In this document: positions 25,870-39,003 of the stretch, in pieces
Numbering within the stretch: the first letter of the stretch is position 1
Layout: every line of letters begins with the position of its first letter
NCBI RefSeq assembly: GCF_006345805.1
Contig: NC_043002.1
Span: 87,978,001-88,042,000 of the forward strand
Origin: Octopus sinensis
Taxonomy: Eukaryota
Direction: 5' to 3'
Length of the DNA: 64,000 nt
The notes under the pieces: model-generated
The model's database searches: none
Told to the model about the DNA's origin: nothing
The model's input: the letters and a program-made list of their open reading frames with translations, nothing else
Translations under genes and position numbers: made by a program

Positions 25870-26325
25870 TCATAGCTCCCGGGGAGTGCTATGAAGATCC
25901 ACCTAGATTGAGAAACAGTGGCTCAATAAACTTTAAATTAATACAAGGTGACGTCGAGCTTTCCCTTAATCACGTCCAACCATCTGATACGAAGTTAACC
26001 GCGAAGCCTCTTCCAGCCCGCAGCTACTGCGTCAAATGACAGTAAAGCCCTGATAGGATGATCTAGCGAGAGACGGAGGACTATGAGTGAGTTGAGCGAA
26101 GAGATGGCCCAGACCCTTCTCTCTCCACATTGGCCTCGCCGTCGTGGAGTTTGTCAGCTTCTAAATCTACCTGAGCTCCACAGTCAACAGCACTGGAGAC
26201 CTGACCGCGAAGATCAACTGCAGTGGTGGTCTGGCCGCCGAAGTCATGTACCCCCTATGCATACCCCACTGGCGCCACTGCTCTATCTCCCGGAAGACGA
26301 AGCTCCGCATCTACAACTAAAATAC
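25870..26325 (+). mobile_element. RTE-clade LINE RT fragment
   Basis: EFVSF*IYLSSTVNSTGDLTAKIN..GLAA..CIPHWRHCSISRKTKLRIYN matches the RTE RT C-terminal pattern. Confidence 0.65.
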
Positions 26326-27499
26326 ACACGTGCTAACTAAAGGAGACTTGTTGCTCTGTCACCAAGAAATTGCGGGCAAATCTCCATCACATCACACCTT
26401 ACCTTCATAAAAAAGGAGATACACTGGACAATAGTTTACAGTGTATATGAGGAAACGAGATGGTCATGCGTGGTATATATTTGATCATAGAACTGTTCAG
26501 TCAGAGCTGACCTGAGATTAATATCAGCAACAACAATTAAATTACTTACAAATGTACAAACGTTGTAACTCTTGTAAAACTGTTGAAACTCTTCCCTGCA
26601 ATATATACTTACCTTAAACAAGTGTATCAGGATTTTCATCCGTGTACTATTTCTACTAGTCGCAACTAAACCACAGTTTAGTTATAGATCAGTTGTGACT
26701 GAAATGCTGCCAGTTATTAGTACACGCAATGCAGATACCCCAAAATTAAAGCAGATCTATCAGTAAATAAAATGAGGTACCAATACCTAATCTGGAAGTA
26801 CCTTTATGTAAAATACAAATATCTATAATTGAAAGAAGTAAGTGTTAGATATTCAGAATAGTGGCTCGATCTTTATCCAAATCAGTGAAAGAAGCTTCCA
26901 TTTAGTAATATGACCAACCAGTAAACTATAGCAGCTAATTTTCTCGACAGAATTCCCATTTAAGTAGCAGCAGCATCCTATAAGTAGCAGCAACAACATC
27001 AACAACATCTATATATAAGAGTCGATATTTGTCTTGAAGCAACGTCACCAATTGTCAGTGAATACTTTCCAGAGATTTCCCCAAATAAATCATGAAGTAA
27101 TTAAAGCTGGATCTGAGGCCTCCCGGGTGTAAGAGGGAGGAGTCAAGAAAAGAAATGGTAAACATCTGACAGTTGTAATTAGTTGGTAAGCTCTCTCTTC
27201 TCACTGTTCCAAACTAATTCTCTCTCCCCTTCTCTCTCTCGCTCATACACACACACGCATACACACACAGACACATACATACGCACTCATGTACAAATAC
27301 ATGTACAAATACATGCACACACACGTACTCCTACACTTTCTCACTTAGACAACAATTTATAGCTAGAATACACAGTAACAGTAGTTAATAAAAAAAATCT
27401 CATTTAAAAATCATATTTTCGAATACTGTGGAAGAAGAAAAGTAAGTTATTTTTTAATTGTTTGCACTTAAGTTGCCTTATGGTTTCATCCCTATTTTT

Positions 27500-29150
27500 T
27501 CAGTAGAATGGGCTTAAAAATCGTTTTTGATGACGATATGACGAAGGCCAACTTTTTAGATATTACGCTTAATTTACACAGTGACTCTTACTTCCCATAT
27601 CGTAAACCGTTGACCAATCTTAAGTACATTAGCAAATTTAATAATCATCCTAGAGCAATTACTAAGAACTTAGTTAAGAATATTTCATTTAGATTATCTA
27701 AATTATCTGCTAATGTTGATATGTTCAATAATAACGCTGAATTCTATAACCCTGCCTTAATTAAAGCAAGTTATACAGAGAAATTTTTCTACATTGATTC
27801 TGCTCAGTCTAATTGTAAATTCAATAATGTAGATAAGATTTCTAGTCGTAAAAGAATTATTGATAACAAACATAACTTACGCACCGATACAAAGCGAATG
27901 AAGACAGATAACCCTTATTTAATCCCCTATTATCGTTTTAAAAGTAAATATAACACCTTCAAAAGTAATTAAGCTATGAATACTAGTAAAAATATTTGGT
28001 TAATAATTCCTTACGGGAGACAAATTAAATCTAATCTCCCACTGCTGTTTCGTCAAGCTATTGCTAGGAATTTTCCAAACAATTCTAGATATTACTCTAG
28101 TATCAATTCACATAAAGTTAGGATAGGTTTTTCAAACACAAAAAATCTCTTACAATTTATCTCTTCAGATAATAACAAACTGTTAAATATTAATACATTT
28201 ACTAATACTAACATTAATTTAGCTAATACCATCCAACCCTCTAGAAATATTAATAACAAGGTTATTGTATCTGAAGTCAATTCCAATAGAATTAAGTTTA
28301 TGTCAAGTAACTCTAAGATTAAAAATTCTATATACCAGTGTATAATCAGTACTCGTAATAAAGTACGATTTTACATTGGAAGCACATCGTTAGAGTTATC
28401 TAAAATAATTTCTATCCATTACTCAACATTTAGGGATAGAAATAAACGTAATAGTACCGGTCTCAGCAAACTGATTTGGGATGTAAAAGACCACAACGAA
28501 CAATTTCATTTAGAATGGTTGATTCTCTAAATTTCGATACCTTATGACAAAGGCAAGGAATTCTGTCTTCTCTGCAATTCTGAGCTATTTTTCATTATTT
28601 TTTCTAAAAATACTCTAGTAAACACGGTTATAGAGCGAGCATACAGATGTAAGCATTGGCAAAAACACACATTTAGTGCATATGAGTAGTCTCTATCATT
28701 ATATATAATTTAAACTTTAATTTCCTTTATATTTAACATTCACTATTGGTATCCTTGCTCTTTCTGTTAGCTATTTATGACGTTATATCATATAACGTTT
28801 TTTTAAACAATATTAATAGCGTTCTGTCAATCGCTATACAAATCCATCATTTTTTGCTAAAATGTCTTATTGACGAGTTTCGTTTTTTTCACTTTCCCGA
28901 AGAGAAGATTGCATTGTTTATACCATTTATTCTTTTGAATAGTATCAGTGGAATTTTCGAAACATGTGTCGAAAGTAAAAATATTTGTTTTACACCTGCG
29001 TTAAACTCCATTTATTTATTGATATATTATTCAAAATATTCCCCGTAAATACGAAGTTTCTACCTTTATAAACAAGGAGTTACAACATCTTTACTTGAGA
29101 GATTTTTGCTACCCTGGTAACTATTTATTTATTTTTTCCGTGTTAATTGT
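27500..29150 (+). mobile_element. 5'-truncated Naiad-type PLE (RT thumb + GIY-YIG) with 3' pseudo-LTR
   Basis: One reading frame 27508-28688 with two internal TAA stops: NFLDITL, PYRKP, NNHP, IYQC..FYIGST, STGLSKLIW, FCLLC, RCKH; hammerhead-like TTGACGA..GAAACATGTGTC at 28870-28970. Confidence 0.85.
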
Positions 29151-29196
29151 TAACAAGGTAAAAATACGCTCATCTATTTATATATATATATAATAT

Positions 29197-29240
<44 letters not shown>

Positions 29241-29246
29241 ATAGTA

Positions 29247-29311
<65 letters not shown>

Positions 29312-29313
29312 TA

Positions 29314-29775
29314 ATGGGTGTCCCAAAAGTTACTGATGTGTTTCAATTTTTAATAACTTCCTTAACTTTACAAATAAATGCATGAAATTTTAATACAATG
29401 CAAAGGACATAATGGAAATTAATATGTACATGTCAAAGTTTGCAACACCACTACATCACATATGAAAAACGACATCGCTTAAATGGCAGCCATTTTAGAC
29501 TTCGCACACCCGTGATCTTTCCAAAACTTGCACCATAAAACCCTCAATAGTTTCAGACCTCACTTCTCTGATTTCCCTATTGATTTTCGACTTCAGTTGC
29601 ACCAGGGTCTCCGGTTTGTTGACGTAAACTCACTCTTTCAGCTATTCCCACACGAAAAAAATCGGGTTGGTCAAGTCAAAGGAGCGTGAAGGCCATTTAT
29701 AGTAGAACTCACACATGGTTCCAGCAAAATGGAAAAACTGTTCATACCGCAAGAGAAACAATACATGTATCAGGG
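29314..29775 (-). mobile_element. Tc1/mariner (DD37D-like) relic with an internally inverted piece
   Basis: Minus strand WPSRSFDLT..FFVWE*LKE*VYVNKPETL; plus strand TWFQQNGKTVHTARET at 29705-29775; TIR-like gggtgtcccaaaagt. Confidence 0.6.
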
Positions 29776-29915
29776 AATGATGAGAGAAAGAAAATGACCT
29801 GCCAAATTTGACATCACCAAAATGCTTCCCAGGGATACCCTAGTCTTCTCTTAGCGCCAATTTTAACTTAATTTAAAGAAATAGATTTCCTTCATTGAGT
29901 TCCTTTATTATGCAT

Positions 29916-29988
<73 letters not shown>

Positions 29989-30009
29989 TATATAATATAT
30001 ATATATATA

Positions 30010-30045
<36 letters not shown>

Positions 30046-30140
30046 ATCCAAACATAAACAAAGAGAAAACACTACAACGCGAGGACGTGGAACACGTATA
30101 GTGTTATTGGACGCTCAGGAAAGGAAAGAAAGAAGGACGA

Positions 30141-30174
30141 TTTAACGTTTCGAGCAGAGCTCTTCGTCAGAAAC
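30141..30174 (-). ncRNA. Minimal PLE-type hammerhead motif (C3-G8)
   Basis: gttt-CTGACGA-A-GAGC/tct/GCTC-GAA-ACGT palindrome-U17-aaat; lies in a repeat between (TA)n tracts (about 30040-30390). Confidence 0.65.
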
Positions 30175-30396
30175 ATAGGAAAAGGAAAGATCCAAGGAAG
30201 GGAAGACGGAGAAATAATATCGCCAACGATACACACGTGTTCACATATTGAAATGACCGGAAGGGAATGGGTGAAGAAAAAGTTCTTTCACAGACAGGAG
30301 AATGCAAGAGAAGGAGGTATGTGTGTATGTGTGGGTATGTGCGTGTGCGCAGCCCTGTGTGTGTGTAATGATATCCTCTCTATTTTCTTATTTGCC

Positions 30397-30467
<71 letters not shown>

Positions 30468-30469
30468 TT

Positions 30470-30860
30470 ATTCTTTCATTAGACTGCGGCCATCCGAGGT
30501 GCCGCCTTGAAAAATTTTTAATTGAATAAATCGACCCGTGTAATTTTTTAAAGTCTGGTAGTCTTTTTTGCCGAACATTTAAGTTACAGGGACGTAAACA
30601 CACCTTTACCGGTTGCCAAGCGGTGGGGAGGAGACAAACACAGCCACAAACACGCACACACACACACACACACACAACGCAACACACGCACACACATATA
30701 CGATGGGCTTCTTTCAGTTTCTGTCTACCAAATCCACTCACAGGACTTTGGTCATCCGAGGCTACAGTAGAAGACACTTGTCCGAGGTGCCACGCAGTAG
30801 GACTGAACCCAGAACCATTTGACTGGAAAGCAAGCTTCTTACCGTAACCAGGCCTGCGCC
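30470..30860 (-). mobile_element. SINE family B copy
   Basis: Family body with internal (CA)n. Confidence 0.75.
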
Positions 30861-31216
30861 TATATGTACGTATGTATGTATGTATGTATGTAGTATGTAT
30901 GTATGTATGTATGTATGTATGTATGTATGTATGTATGTATGTATGTATGTATTAGCTGTAAATCTACATAAATAGTAAAATATAGGCATATATATTTGTT
31001 TATTAGTTATGAAGCTACACTTTATAGCTAATAGCTACACTTTATAGCTAATAAATGTCGTACGTAGTTTTACTACTTACAAAGAAATACGTTCTCTACT
31101 TTATCAATTATATAGCTGCGCGGCAACTAAAATTTGTCAGTGTTGTGTGTATATGTATGTGTGTATGTTAGTATGTATGTATGTATGTATGTATGTATGT
31201 ATGCATGTATGTATGG

Positions 31217-31248
<32 letters not shown>

Positions 31249-31770
31249 ATTTATATATATGCAAATATATATATATACACACATATATGTGTGTGTATGT
31301 ATATATGTATGTACATATATATACGTGTGTTCATAAGAACATTAAAAAAGCGTTACTGAATCTGATGAAAAATTAAATGTCACAAGAATAAATAAAAAAA
31401 ATTATGAATTGATAAAAAGATAAATTTGTAAACCTGTTGAAGTATTCGTTTTTTTTTATATATATTCGCACTTTTACTTTTTGGTGTATGCTCGTGCGCG
31501 CGTGTACACGCAAACACACACATATATATTTTGCATCTGCGCATGCATGCGCAATTGTATATATGTGGCGGTTGTGCGGAGCAGAAACAATACAGTTTGT
31601 GACACAATTTCACATCTCTCAAATCTTGCACTTCTGAAAAGCAAACAAATATGAAACTGGTTAAATGTATTTATATTAAAACAAATCTTCTCAGTGCATT
31701 TTCAGCTTCGTTTATTTTCTCTTTGCTACAACTTGCATGGATTAGTACCTATTTTTTCTAAGTTTAAGAT

Positions 31771-32290
31771 ATGTGTGTATGTATGAATGTATGTACGTAC
31801 GTATGTATGTACATATGCACGTACGTACGTACGTATGTACGTATGCCTCTATGTTTGTATGTAATGTGTGTATGTATGAATGTATGTACGTACGTATGTA
31901 CATATGCACGTACGTACGTATGTACGTATGCATCTATGTTTGTATGTAATGTGTGTATGCATGAATGTATGTACGTACGTATGTATGTACATATGCAAGT
32001 ACGTACGTATGTACGTATGCATCTATGTTTGTATGTAATGTATGTATGTATGTATGTATTTATGTATGTATGCATGTATGTATGTATGTATATATGTATG
32101 TATGTATGTATGTATGCATGCATGCATGCATGCATGTATGTATGCATGTATGTATATATGTATGTATGTATGTATGTATGCATGTATGCATGCATGTATG
32201 CATGTATGTATGTATGTATGTATGTATGTATGTATGTATGTATGTATGTATGTATGTATTATGTATGTATGTATGTATGTATTATGAGTA
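31771..32290. repeat. Compound TACA/TACG/TGCA microsatellite with a roughly 90-bp higher-order unit x3
   Basis: The unit ...gtacatatgcacgtacgtacgt..atgc(c/a)tctatgtttgtatgtaatg recurs three times. Confidence 0.85.
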
Positions 32291-32727
32291 TCTGTATAGC
32301 AAACAGTCAAAGTGTGAATATGAATATTGTTTTAAAAATTTGACAAATTTATCTTTTTATCAATTTATGATTTCTTCTGAATACGTTCTAGCAGATCACC
32401 CAAATATCTGCTGTTTTCACCTATCAGAGAACACTTAATCCCTTTGGCAGATTGGGATGTGTATATCTGTTGTTTACCGTCATCAGAGGACACTTCGTCT
32501 CATAACATACGATTTACCAGTGTAAGAAGATTTTGAGACACTGTTGTGTTTTGATCTCGTTGTGCATCTCATCAGTCAAAGCTATCTCCATCAAACCCGA
32601 TGAATCTTTAACAAGAGCATGAGCTCTAGTGTATAGAGAGTCAGCAAATGAATTATTTGCGGATGTGATAATGATTCGTGGGGTGTACCCACACTAGTAA
32701 ATATCCAAGTAATAACGTATCTATTCA

Positions 32728-33095
32728 TCTCTCTATATATATAAACGGCAAAATGTCTGTGTGTGTGTCCTTTATAAAAAAATCCACAAATTTTCAGTTA
32801 GAGGGCTCGCACTTTCTATGGTCATTCAAAACCGTCCAAGGGTGGTCGCGCACATCTTTACATTTCCCCAGTCACCCGGCAAAGCCATTAAAAGATCAAT
32901 AGAAATTACTTTTTTGTGAATTTTCCATCCAAAACCCAATCAAAATGGCCGAAACTTGATACGCGAATTGAATGCCCGCTAGCTGTATGTGATTGGTCGG
33001 AGATTTGGACAGTACTCGTGTGTATGTGCGCACGCACGCAGCTGTATATGCATGCACTAGCACTATGACCCGGCAACGCCGGGTCATAGTGCTAG
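32728..33095 (+). mobile_element. Non-autonomous Helitron, third copy
   Basis: A|TC start, perfect cactatgacccggc-aac-gccgggtcatagtg hairpin, CTAG|T end. Confidence 0.88.
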
Positions 33096-33310
33096 TTTTA
33101 AATACGTTGTGCAGATTCGAACGTGAATATCGCATCGCAATTGCTTTTTTGTCGTCTGAGAACACCTCCCCCCTTAAGACAATGTGTGACCATTGGGTGC
33201 ATGCTGTTCTAAGACGTGTTTTTTCGTCAGATTAAAAGGGATTTTAATGTTCTGAGTTTTCTAAATCACATACACGTGTGTGTGTGTGTTGTGTGTGTGT
33301 GTGTGTGTGG

Positions 33311-33760
33311 TGTAACCTGTGTTAAAGCCGAAAGAGGTCACCCAAATCAGAATTGAATAGGAGGTGAAATCATTGCACTGTATAAGAAGCTCGCTTCCCA
33401 ACTACATAATTCCAAATTCGATCCCACTGTGTTGCACATTGGGCAAGTGTCCCGAACCGACCAAAGCCTTGTGAGTGGATTTGGTAGGCGGAAACTGAAA
33501 GAAGGCCGTTGTGTGTGTATGTGTGTGTGTGTGTGGTGTGTGTGGTGTGTGTGTGGTGTAACCTGTGTTAAAGCCGAAAGAGGTCACCCAAATCAGAATT
33601 GAATAGGAGGTGAAATCATTGCACTGTATAAGAAGCTCGCTTCCCAACTACATAATTCCAAATTCGATCCCACTGTGTTGCACATTGGGCAAGTGTCCCG
33701 AACCGACCAAAGCCTTGTGAGTGGATTTGGTAGGCGGAAACTGAAAGAAGGCCGTTGTGT

Positions 33761-33790
<30 letters not shown>
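33311..33790 (+). repeat. Exact tandem duplication with 246-bp period, including the 5' half of a SINE B copy
   Basis: tgtaacctgtgttaaagcc starts at 33311 and 33557; no differences seen outside the GT tracts. Confidence 0.9.
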
Positions 33791-33814
<24 letters not shown>

Positions 33815-34035
33815 GTGTGTGTGTGTGTGTGCCTGTGTGTGTTTATCACCTACCACCAGTTGACAACCGATGTTGGTTTGTTTACGTCCCAGTAACTAAA
33901 TGACTGCAAAAAGACCGATAGAATAAGACTCAAGCTTTAAAAAATAATCATTGGGATCGATTTGTTTGACAAGACCTTTGAAGGCGGTGCTCCAGCATGA
34001 CTGCAGTCAAATCATTGAAAAAGTAATAAGATAAA

Positions 34036-34082
<47 letters not shown>

Positions 34083-34304
34083 CTGAGGTTGCATGTGTTA
34101 AGGATACAGGCGAAAACTGGTTGCAAAATTCTGTTGTTATTAAGTCTGTAAATAGTAAATAACTCTCTAAAGAGACGTGACGCTTGTGGACTTTCCTTAA
34201 ACAGAAATAAAAAGAAAATTATAGAGGATTTAGCTTTGATATAATTAGCTAAAAAAAAATCTTGAGGGCAATGAATCAGTATGGATGCAATACAATAACT
34301 AAAT

Positions 34305-34318
34305 ATTTCCATGGCAAC
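34305..34318. promoter_or_regulatory. RFX X-box-like motif ATTTCCATGGCAAC
   Basis: 13/14 match to GTTTCCATGGCAAC; lies in unique sequence; an ATG at 34358 is followed by a possible donor AAG|GTCCGT. Confidence 0.4.
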
Positions 34319-35079
34319 GATGTAAAATTATCAACTAATCTTTTAACTTAGAAAACTATGTCAAAAACACGGAAAGGTCCGTTAAAACCCCATTTCCATA
34401 TTTCCATATGCATTATTATAATTTTATGATTGCCAACTCGGATTTTCATTATTATTGAATAAATTAATAATTATTTTTGGCGATATGTACAATTTGGTGA
34501 TTTTACTTTTATGGTCTCAGATGATATTGAGCTATTTTTATTGACTATTTTGTAAAATACTGTAAGACTTGATGAATATCATACTCATAATACATACATA
34601 AATAAATAGCTAAAGTAAAATTATTCCCAATGGTGTTAGCACTAAAGAATTATTACTGTTTACACTACTTAAAATTAAAATTTTAAAACATGCTCAGATC
34701 AAAGGTGTTAGTCGTTAAAACACTTTAAACGTAAGCAATTGCACATCGTATTTTAAAAGATAGCTATTTAAAACAATCAATAGTTTTGCTTTCAGGATAT
34801 TCTTTGTTGATTGTTTCGTATTATTTTATGCTTTCAACTAAAATATAGAAGCTAACTTCAGACGAAAATAGCTAAAAGGATATAAGCATATAGATGTCCA
34901 GAAATAAGCTAAAGATCTAACGATAACAGTAGTCTGATAGTTGAGGAAATGGTACACTAAAAAATATACAACTATAGATTGTACACGATATAGAGTCCAT
35001 ATCGTGAGTTTACGTGCAATTATCGCCAAGCTTCATTCTTTCTTAGGTATTTAATTATTTTCTCTTTTACTCGTACATA

Positions 35080-36516
35080 TGAGGGGAAGTCAAAAATTAT
35101 CCACACTTTCACCATAGCATATCTTTATTATTGTCACACTGCCTTCTGTGCGTGCGTGCTTATTGTTGATACTATTGTGGTCACGTAATCGAAGTTTGAG
35201 CCTGATTGTGCCATTTTTCTTTCTGGTTTTACAGTGTAAGCATGGCCGCTCCACTAGCAGTGTGCACCAAAGAAGAACAAAGAAGAACAAAGAGCAGTGA
35301 TTTCTTTGATTGGAAGGTATGCCAGGTACTGAAATTCATCGGGGTACGTAGATCGACAAGTTTAAAAGTGGCCGGACAAGCCCGTCAACCTTCCTTCTCA
35401 AGCCATGCCAGGCTCATAAGGGCCGGTTTCCCGGTTTCAGTGGCGTAGAAATTCCCCACCTGGACGGGACGCCAGTCCGTCGCAGGATTGCTCATTTTTG
35501 CCAGCTGAGTGGACTGGAGTAAGGTGAAATGAAGTGCTTTGCTCAAGAACACAACTCATCGCCCGATCCAGGAATAGAAACCACAACCTTACGATCATGA
35601 GTTCAACACCTTAGCCACTAAGCCATGCTGACGAGAAGATTCAGCGAGCTGGAGAAATGGTAATGGTGAACCGGCGAGTTATCATCGATGAGTTCATGGT
35701 TCTGCCTATCAAATGATCCACGATAAGATCGGCTTCCATTAACCTGTGAAAGATGGGTGCCAAGAGAGCTTACTGCAGAGCACAAGTCTTGAGTCTGCCA
35801 ACATTTACTCGATCGCTACAAGAATGAAGGCGATGAATTTTTGAGCAGAATAGTCAGAGGAGAAGAAACGTGGATCCATCATTACGAGGCAGAATCCAAA
35901 AGGCAGAGCATTAAGTGGAGACATCCTGGCTCGCCAGTGACGAAGGAATTCAAAACACATTCTCCTGCGGGAAAGATAATGCTAACCCTTTATTGGGACT
36001 CAAAAGAGTCTATACTGGAAGACTAACTAGAAACGGGGTGTACGATCAACAGTGCAAGATACAGTGCTTTGCTGGCCAACAAACTGAAGCCAGTAATTTG
36101 AACCAAACGGCGAAGCCTATTATCGAAAAAAGTTTTGTGGTTGCATGACAATGCATGGCCACACGCGGCTGCCTAGGCCGTTGAAACCATTAACCAATTA
36201 GGTTTTGAGGTACTGAAACACTCTGCCTACCGGCCAGATCTCGCGCCTTCTGACTATCTTACATTTAGACCGCTCAAAGATGATTTATGAGGTCGTCGAA
36301 TTCCAACGAATGAAGATGTGAAGGAAGCGGTGCCTAAATGGTTGCACAACCAACCGAAAACCTTTTTGGAGGGAATACGCAAGCTTGTGGACCGCTGAAC
36401 CAAGTGTATCGAAAAGGAAGGATACTATATAGAAAAATGACGCAGTTGTTTATCTCCTACTTTTGTATAAATACATTGAAACAACATAAGTGCGTATAAT
36501 TTTTAACTCTCCTTCG
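35080..36516 (+). mobile_element. Degenerate mariner (irritans-like) with TA TSD, interrupted by a SINE
   Basis: TIRs gaggggaagtcaaaaattatc / tataatttttaactctccttcg; MAAPLAVCTKEEQR, WVPREL, GEETWIHHYE, HDNAWPH, PDLAPSDY. Confidence 0.88.
35389..35628 (-). mobile_element. tRNA-derived CORE-like SINE inserted in the mariner
   Basis: tggcttagtgg A box, cttgagcaaagcacttc core, and a tail shared with 19794-20098. Confidence 0.8.
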
Positions 36517-36542
36517 TACAAACCTAAATATATACAATACTC

Positions 36543-37022
36543 GGATCTTTTCGGTTTGAACGGCAGTTTTTCTAGCGGTGTCATATGAAATTGTCACCCA
36601 TAATTATGACCCTAGTATCGATCTATTGCATTTCAGTCTGTTTTAGGGTTAGGGTTAGTTGGAGTTAGTTAGGGTTAGTTAGAGTTAGTTAGGGTTAGGG
36701 TTCGGGTTAGGGTTAGGCTTAGGAGTGGTGGGAAGGGCATCTTTTTTTATTCACAAATGTAAATAAACCCATTCTGTTTCTTAAACGAGGGACATATTCA
36801 TACGGCACAGAATGTTTTTTTTACCTCAATAGACGTCAGTGATTGGTTGAAATTGCAGAAATTGAAGAAAAAACAACAAATATCTTACAAACTATAGAAT
36901 TTTCTCAATAAAGCCAAGAGAAAAAGATGTTTTATAAACACATTCTACCAGTATACGAAGTTTTAAATTTTTTAGTTACCTAGAAATTATGTTAAAAACT
37001 GCCGTTCAAACCGAAAAGATCC
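36543..37022. mobile_element. MITE (480 bp) with 29-bp TIRs and internal degenerate (TTAGGG)n
   Basis: ggatcttttcggtttgaacggcagttttt / aaaaactgccgttcaaaccgaaaagatcc; telomere-like tract at 36645-36722; TSD unresolved. Confidence 0.85.
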
Positions 37023-37811
37023 AAGATATATGTGTGTGTGGGAGTATAACATATACATGTATATACATACACACACATTTGTGTGTGTGTGCGCGCGTTT
37101 TCTCAAGTTAGCAAATAACACCGCCCTATGAAATAAAAAAAATTGGTGGAAAATTTTCGCTTCCTCCTCACTTTTTATTAATGAGAAGAAATCAAGTTAA
37201 CATCCATATAGTTCTTCTTCCTTCGACATGGTGTTCGACGGGTTTTTTTTTTTTCAATAATAAACGTCGACTTCAATTTAGTTTCAACTCAGAAAATTGA
37301 AATCATTATAGGTAAGTGTCTTGTCTTTTGTTCCCTTGATATATTAAATGTTTTGTCATTTGGAAAAAATGAGCATATATATATATATACGTTACTAATG
37401 CACAAGAGCTTAAATAAAGAGGTGAATCGACAAAGCGGTATTCGAACCACTTCTCTGCGCTCTGGGTTCGAATCCCATCCAGATTCACTTTGACTATCAT
37501 TCGGAATTGATAAAATACTTTCTTTTTTGTTCTCTTTGTCTCTCTCTCTTCCTCTCTCTCCCCTCTCTCTCTCTCTCTCTCTCGCTCTCTCCTTCTCTCT
37601 CTCGCTCTCTCCTTCTCTCTCTTCCTCTCTCTCCCCTCTCTCTCTCTCTCTGGAAGAAATAAACTTTGTCAGACTTCATTGTTTAAAACGTAACAATGAG
37701 GTGCCTCATCATGTTAAATATTTCGAGTATGCCATCTGTTTCGTTCCATGGTGAAGGTTGTTTAGAGCCAAATGAGTATTTAAACTCTGTGACAAGTAAA
37801 ATGACATTATA

Positions 37812-38220
37812 TATTTTATTCTTTTCTACTCTAGGAACAAGACCCAAAATTTGGAAGGAGGGGCCAGTCGATTAGATCTACCCCAGTACGCAACTGGTAC
37901 TCAATTTATCGACCCCGAAATGATGAAAGGCAAAGTCTACCTCGGCGGTATTTGAACTCTGAACGCAAAGACAGACGATATACCTATTTCTATTTATTTA
38001 CTACCCACAAGGGGCTAAACATAGAGGAGACAAACAAGGACAGACAAACGGATTAAGTCGATTATATCGACCCCAGTGCGTAACTGGTACTTGTTTAATC
38101 GACCCCGAAAGGATGAAAGGCAAAGTCGACCTCGGCGGAATTTAACTCAGAACGTAACGGCAGACGAAATACGGCTGCGCATTTCGCCCGGCGCGCTAAC
38201 GATTCTGCCAGCTCGCCGCC
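37812..38220 (-). mobile_element. Composite SINE family A (two fused units)
   Basis: The core motif occurs twice. Confidence 0.75.
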
Positions 38221-38267
38221 TTCATTATATTAAATGTATGAGTGTTGTGTATGCGTGCGTGTGTGTA

Positions 38268-38650
38268 GGCATAGCTGTGTGGCAAGAAGTTTGCTTCACA
38301 ACCACATGGTTTCGAGTTCTGTCCCGCTGCTTGTCACCTTAGACAAGTGTCTTCTACTATATCCACAGGTCGATCGAAGCCTTGTAAGAGGGCTCGATTA
38401 ACGGAAACTGAAGGAAGCCCATCGTATATATAATGTATGTGTGTGTGTGTGTGTGTAAGTCTGTATTTGTGTTTGTCTCTGTCGCCCCACCGCTTGGCAA
38501 TCGCTGTTGGTTTATTTAAGTCCCTGTGACTTAGCGGTTCACCAAAAGAGACGATAAAATAAGTACTAAACTTTAAAAAATAATCATTGGGGTTTATTTG
38601 TTCGACTAAAACCACTGATGGGCGCAATTCAATGACTGAAACAAAAGATA
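38268..38650 (+). mobile_element. Diverged SINE family B copy
   Basis: Family body. Confidence 0.7.
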
Positions 38651-38769
38651 AAATACTTAAACAAACAACTGTCCAAGAAGAATTAATTAGCGAAAACATT
38701 CCCTAATTCTGGGATTCCATTTAGTGGCGTTTGAATATGAAATAATTAAGTTGCTTCTAACACACTTAA

Positions 38770-39003
38770 CCCTTTGCCTGACCAAAGTACTTTGATAAGT
38801 TTATCCTAAACATTTATTCTTCTTTTCAGAATATTAGTTAACCATTGTTTCTAGCATTCTGAATACTATAAAACTTTACTTTCATAAGTCACAAGCGACT
38901 TTGGTTGTTGGGAAAAAAAGGGAATGTGTGTCACATATCATGCATGGAGACCAGGGAAATATGGCCGTGCATATTATGTGTTATACACAGGACAGGTAAA
39001 GGG
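38770..39003. mobile_element. piggyBac-type MITE (234 bp)
   Basis: TTAA|ccctttgcctgacc ... ggacaggtaaaggg|TTAA; 12/14 TIR match. Confidence 0.8.

Noticed and set aside
26436-26665. Minus-strand exon cluster with two GTAAGT donors
   Set aside because: The implied introns are only 17 and 38 nt, so no consistent model can be built.
27508-28688. Selenocysteine read-through in a Naiad ORF (reported for some Naiads)
   Set aside because: Both internal stops are TAA, the TGA at 9207 in the other copy sits at a Trp position, and no SECIS was recognised.
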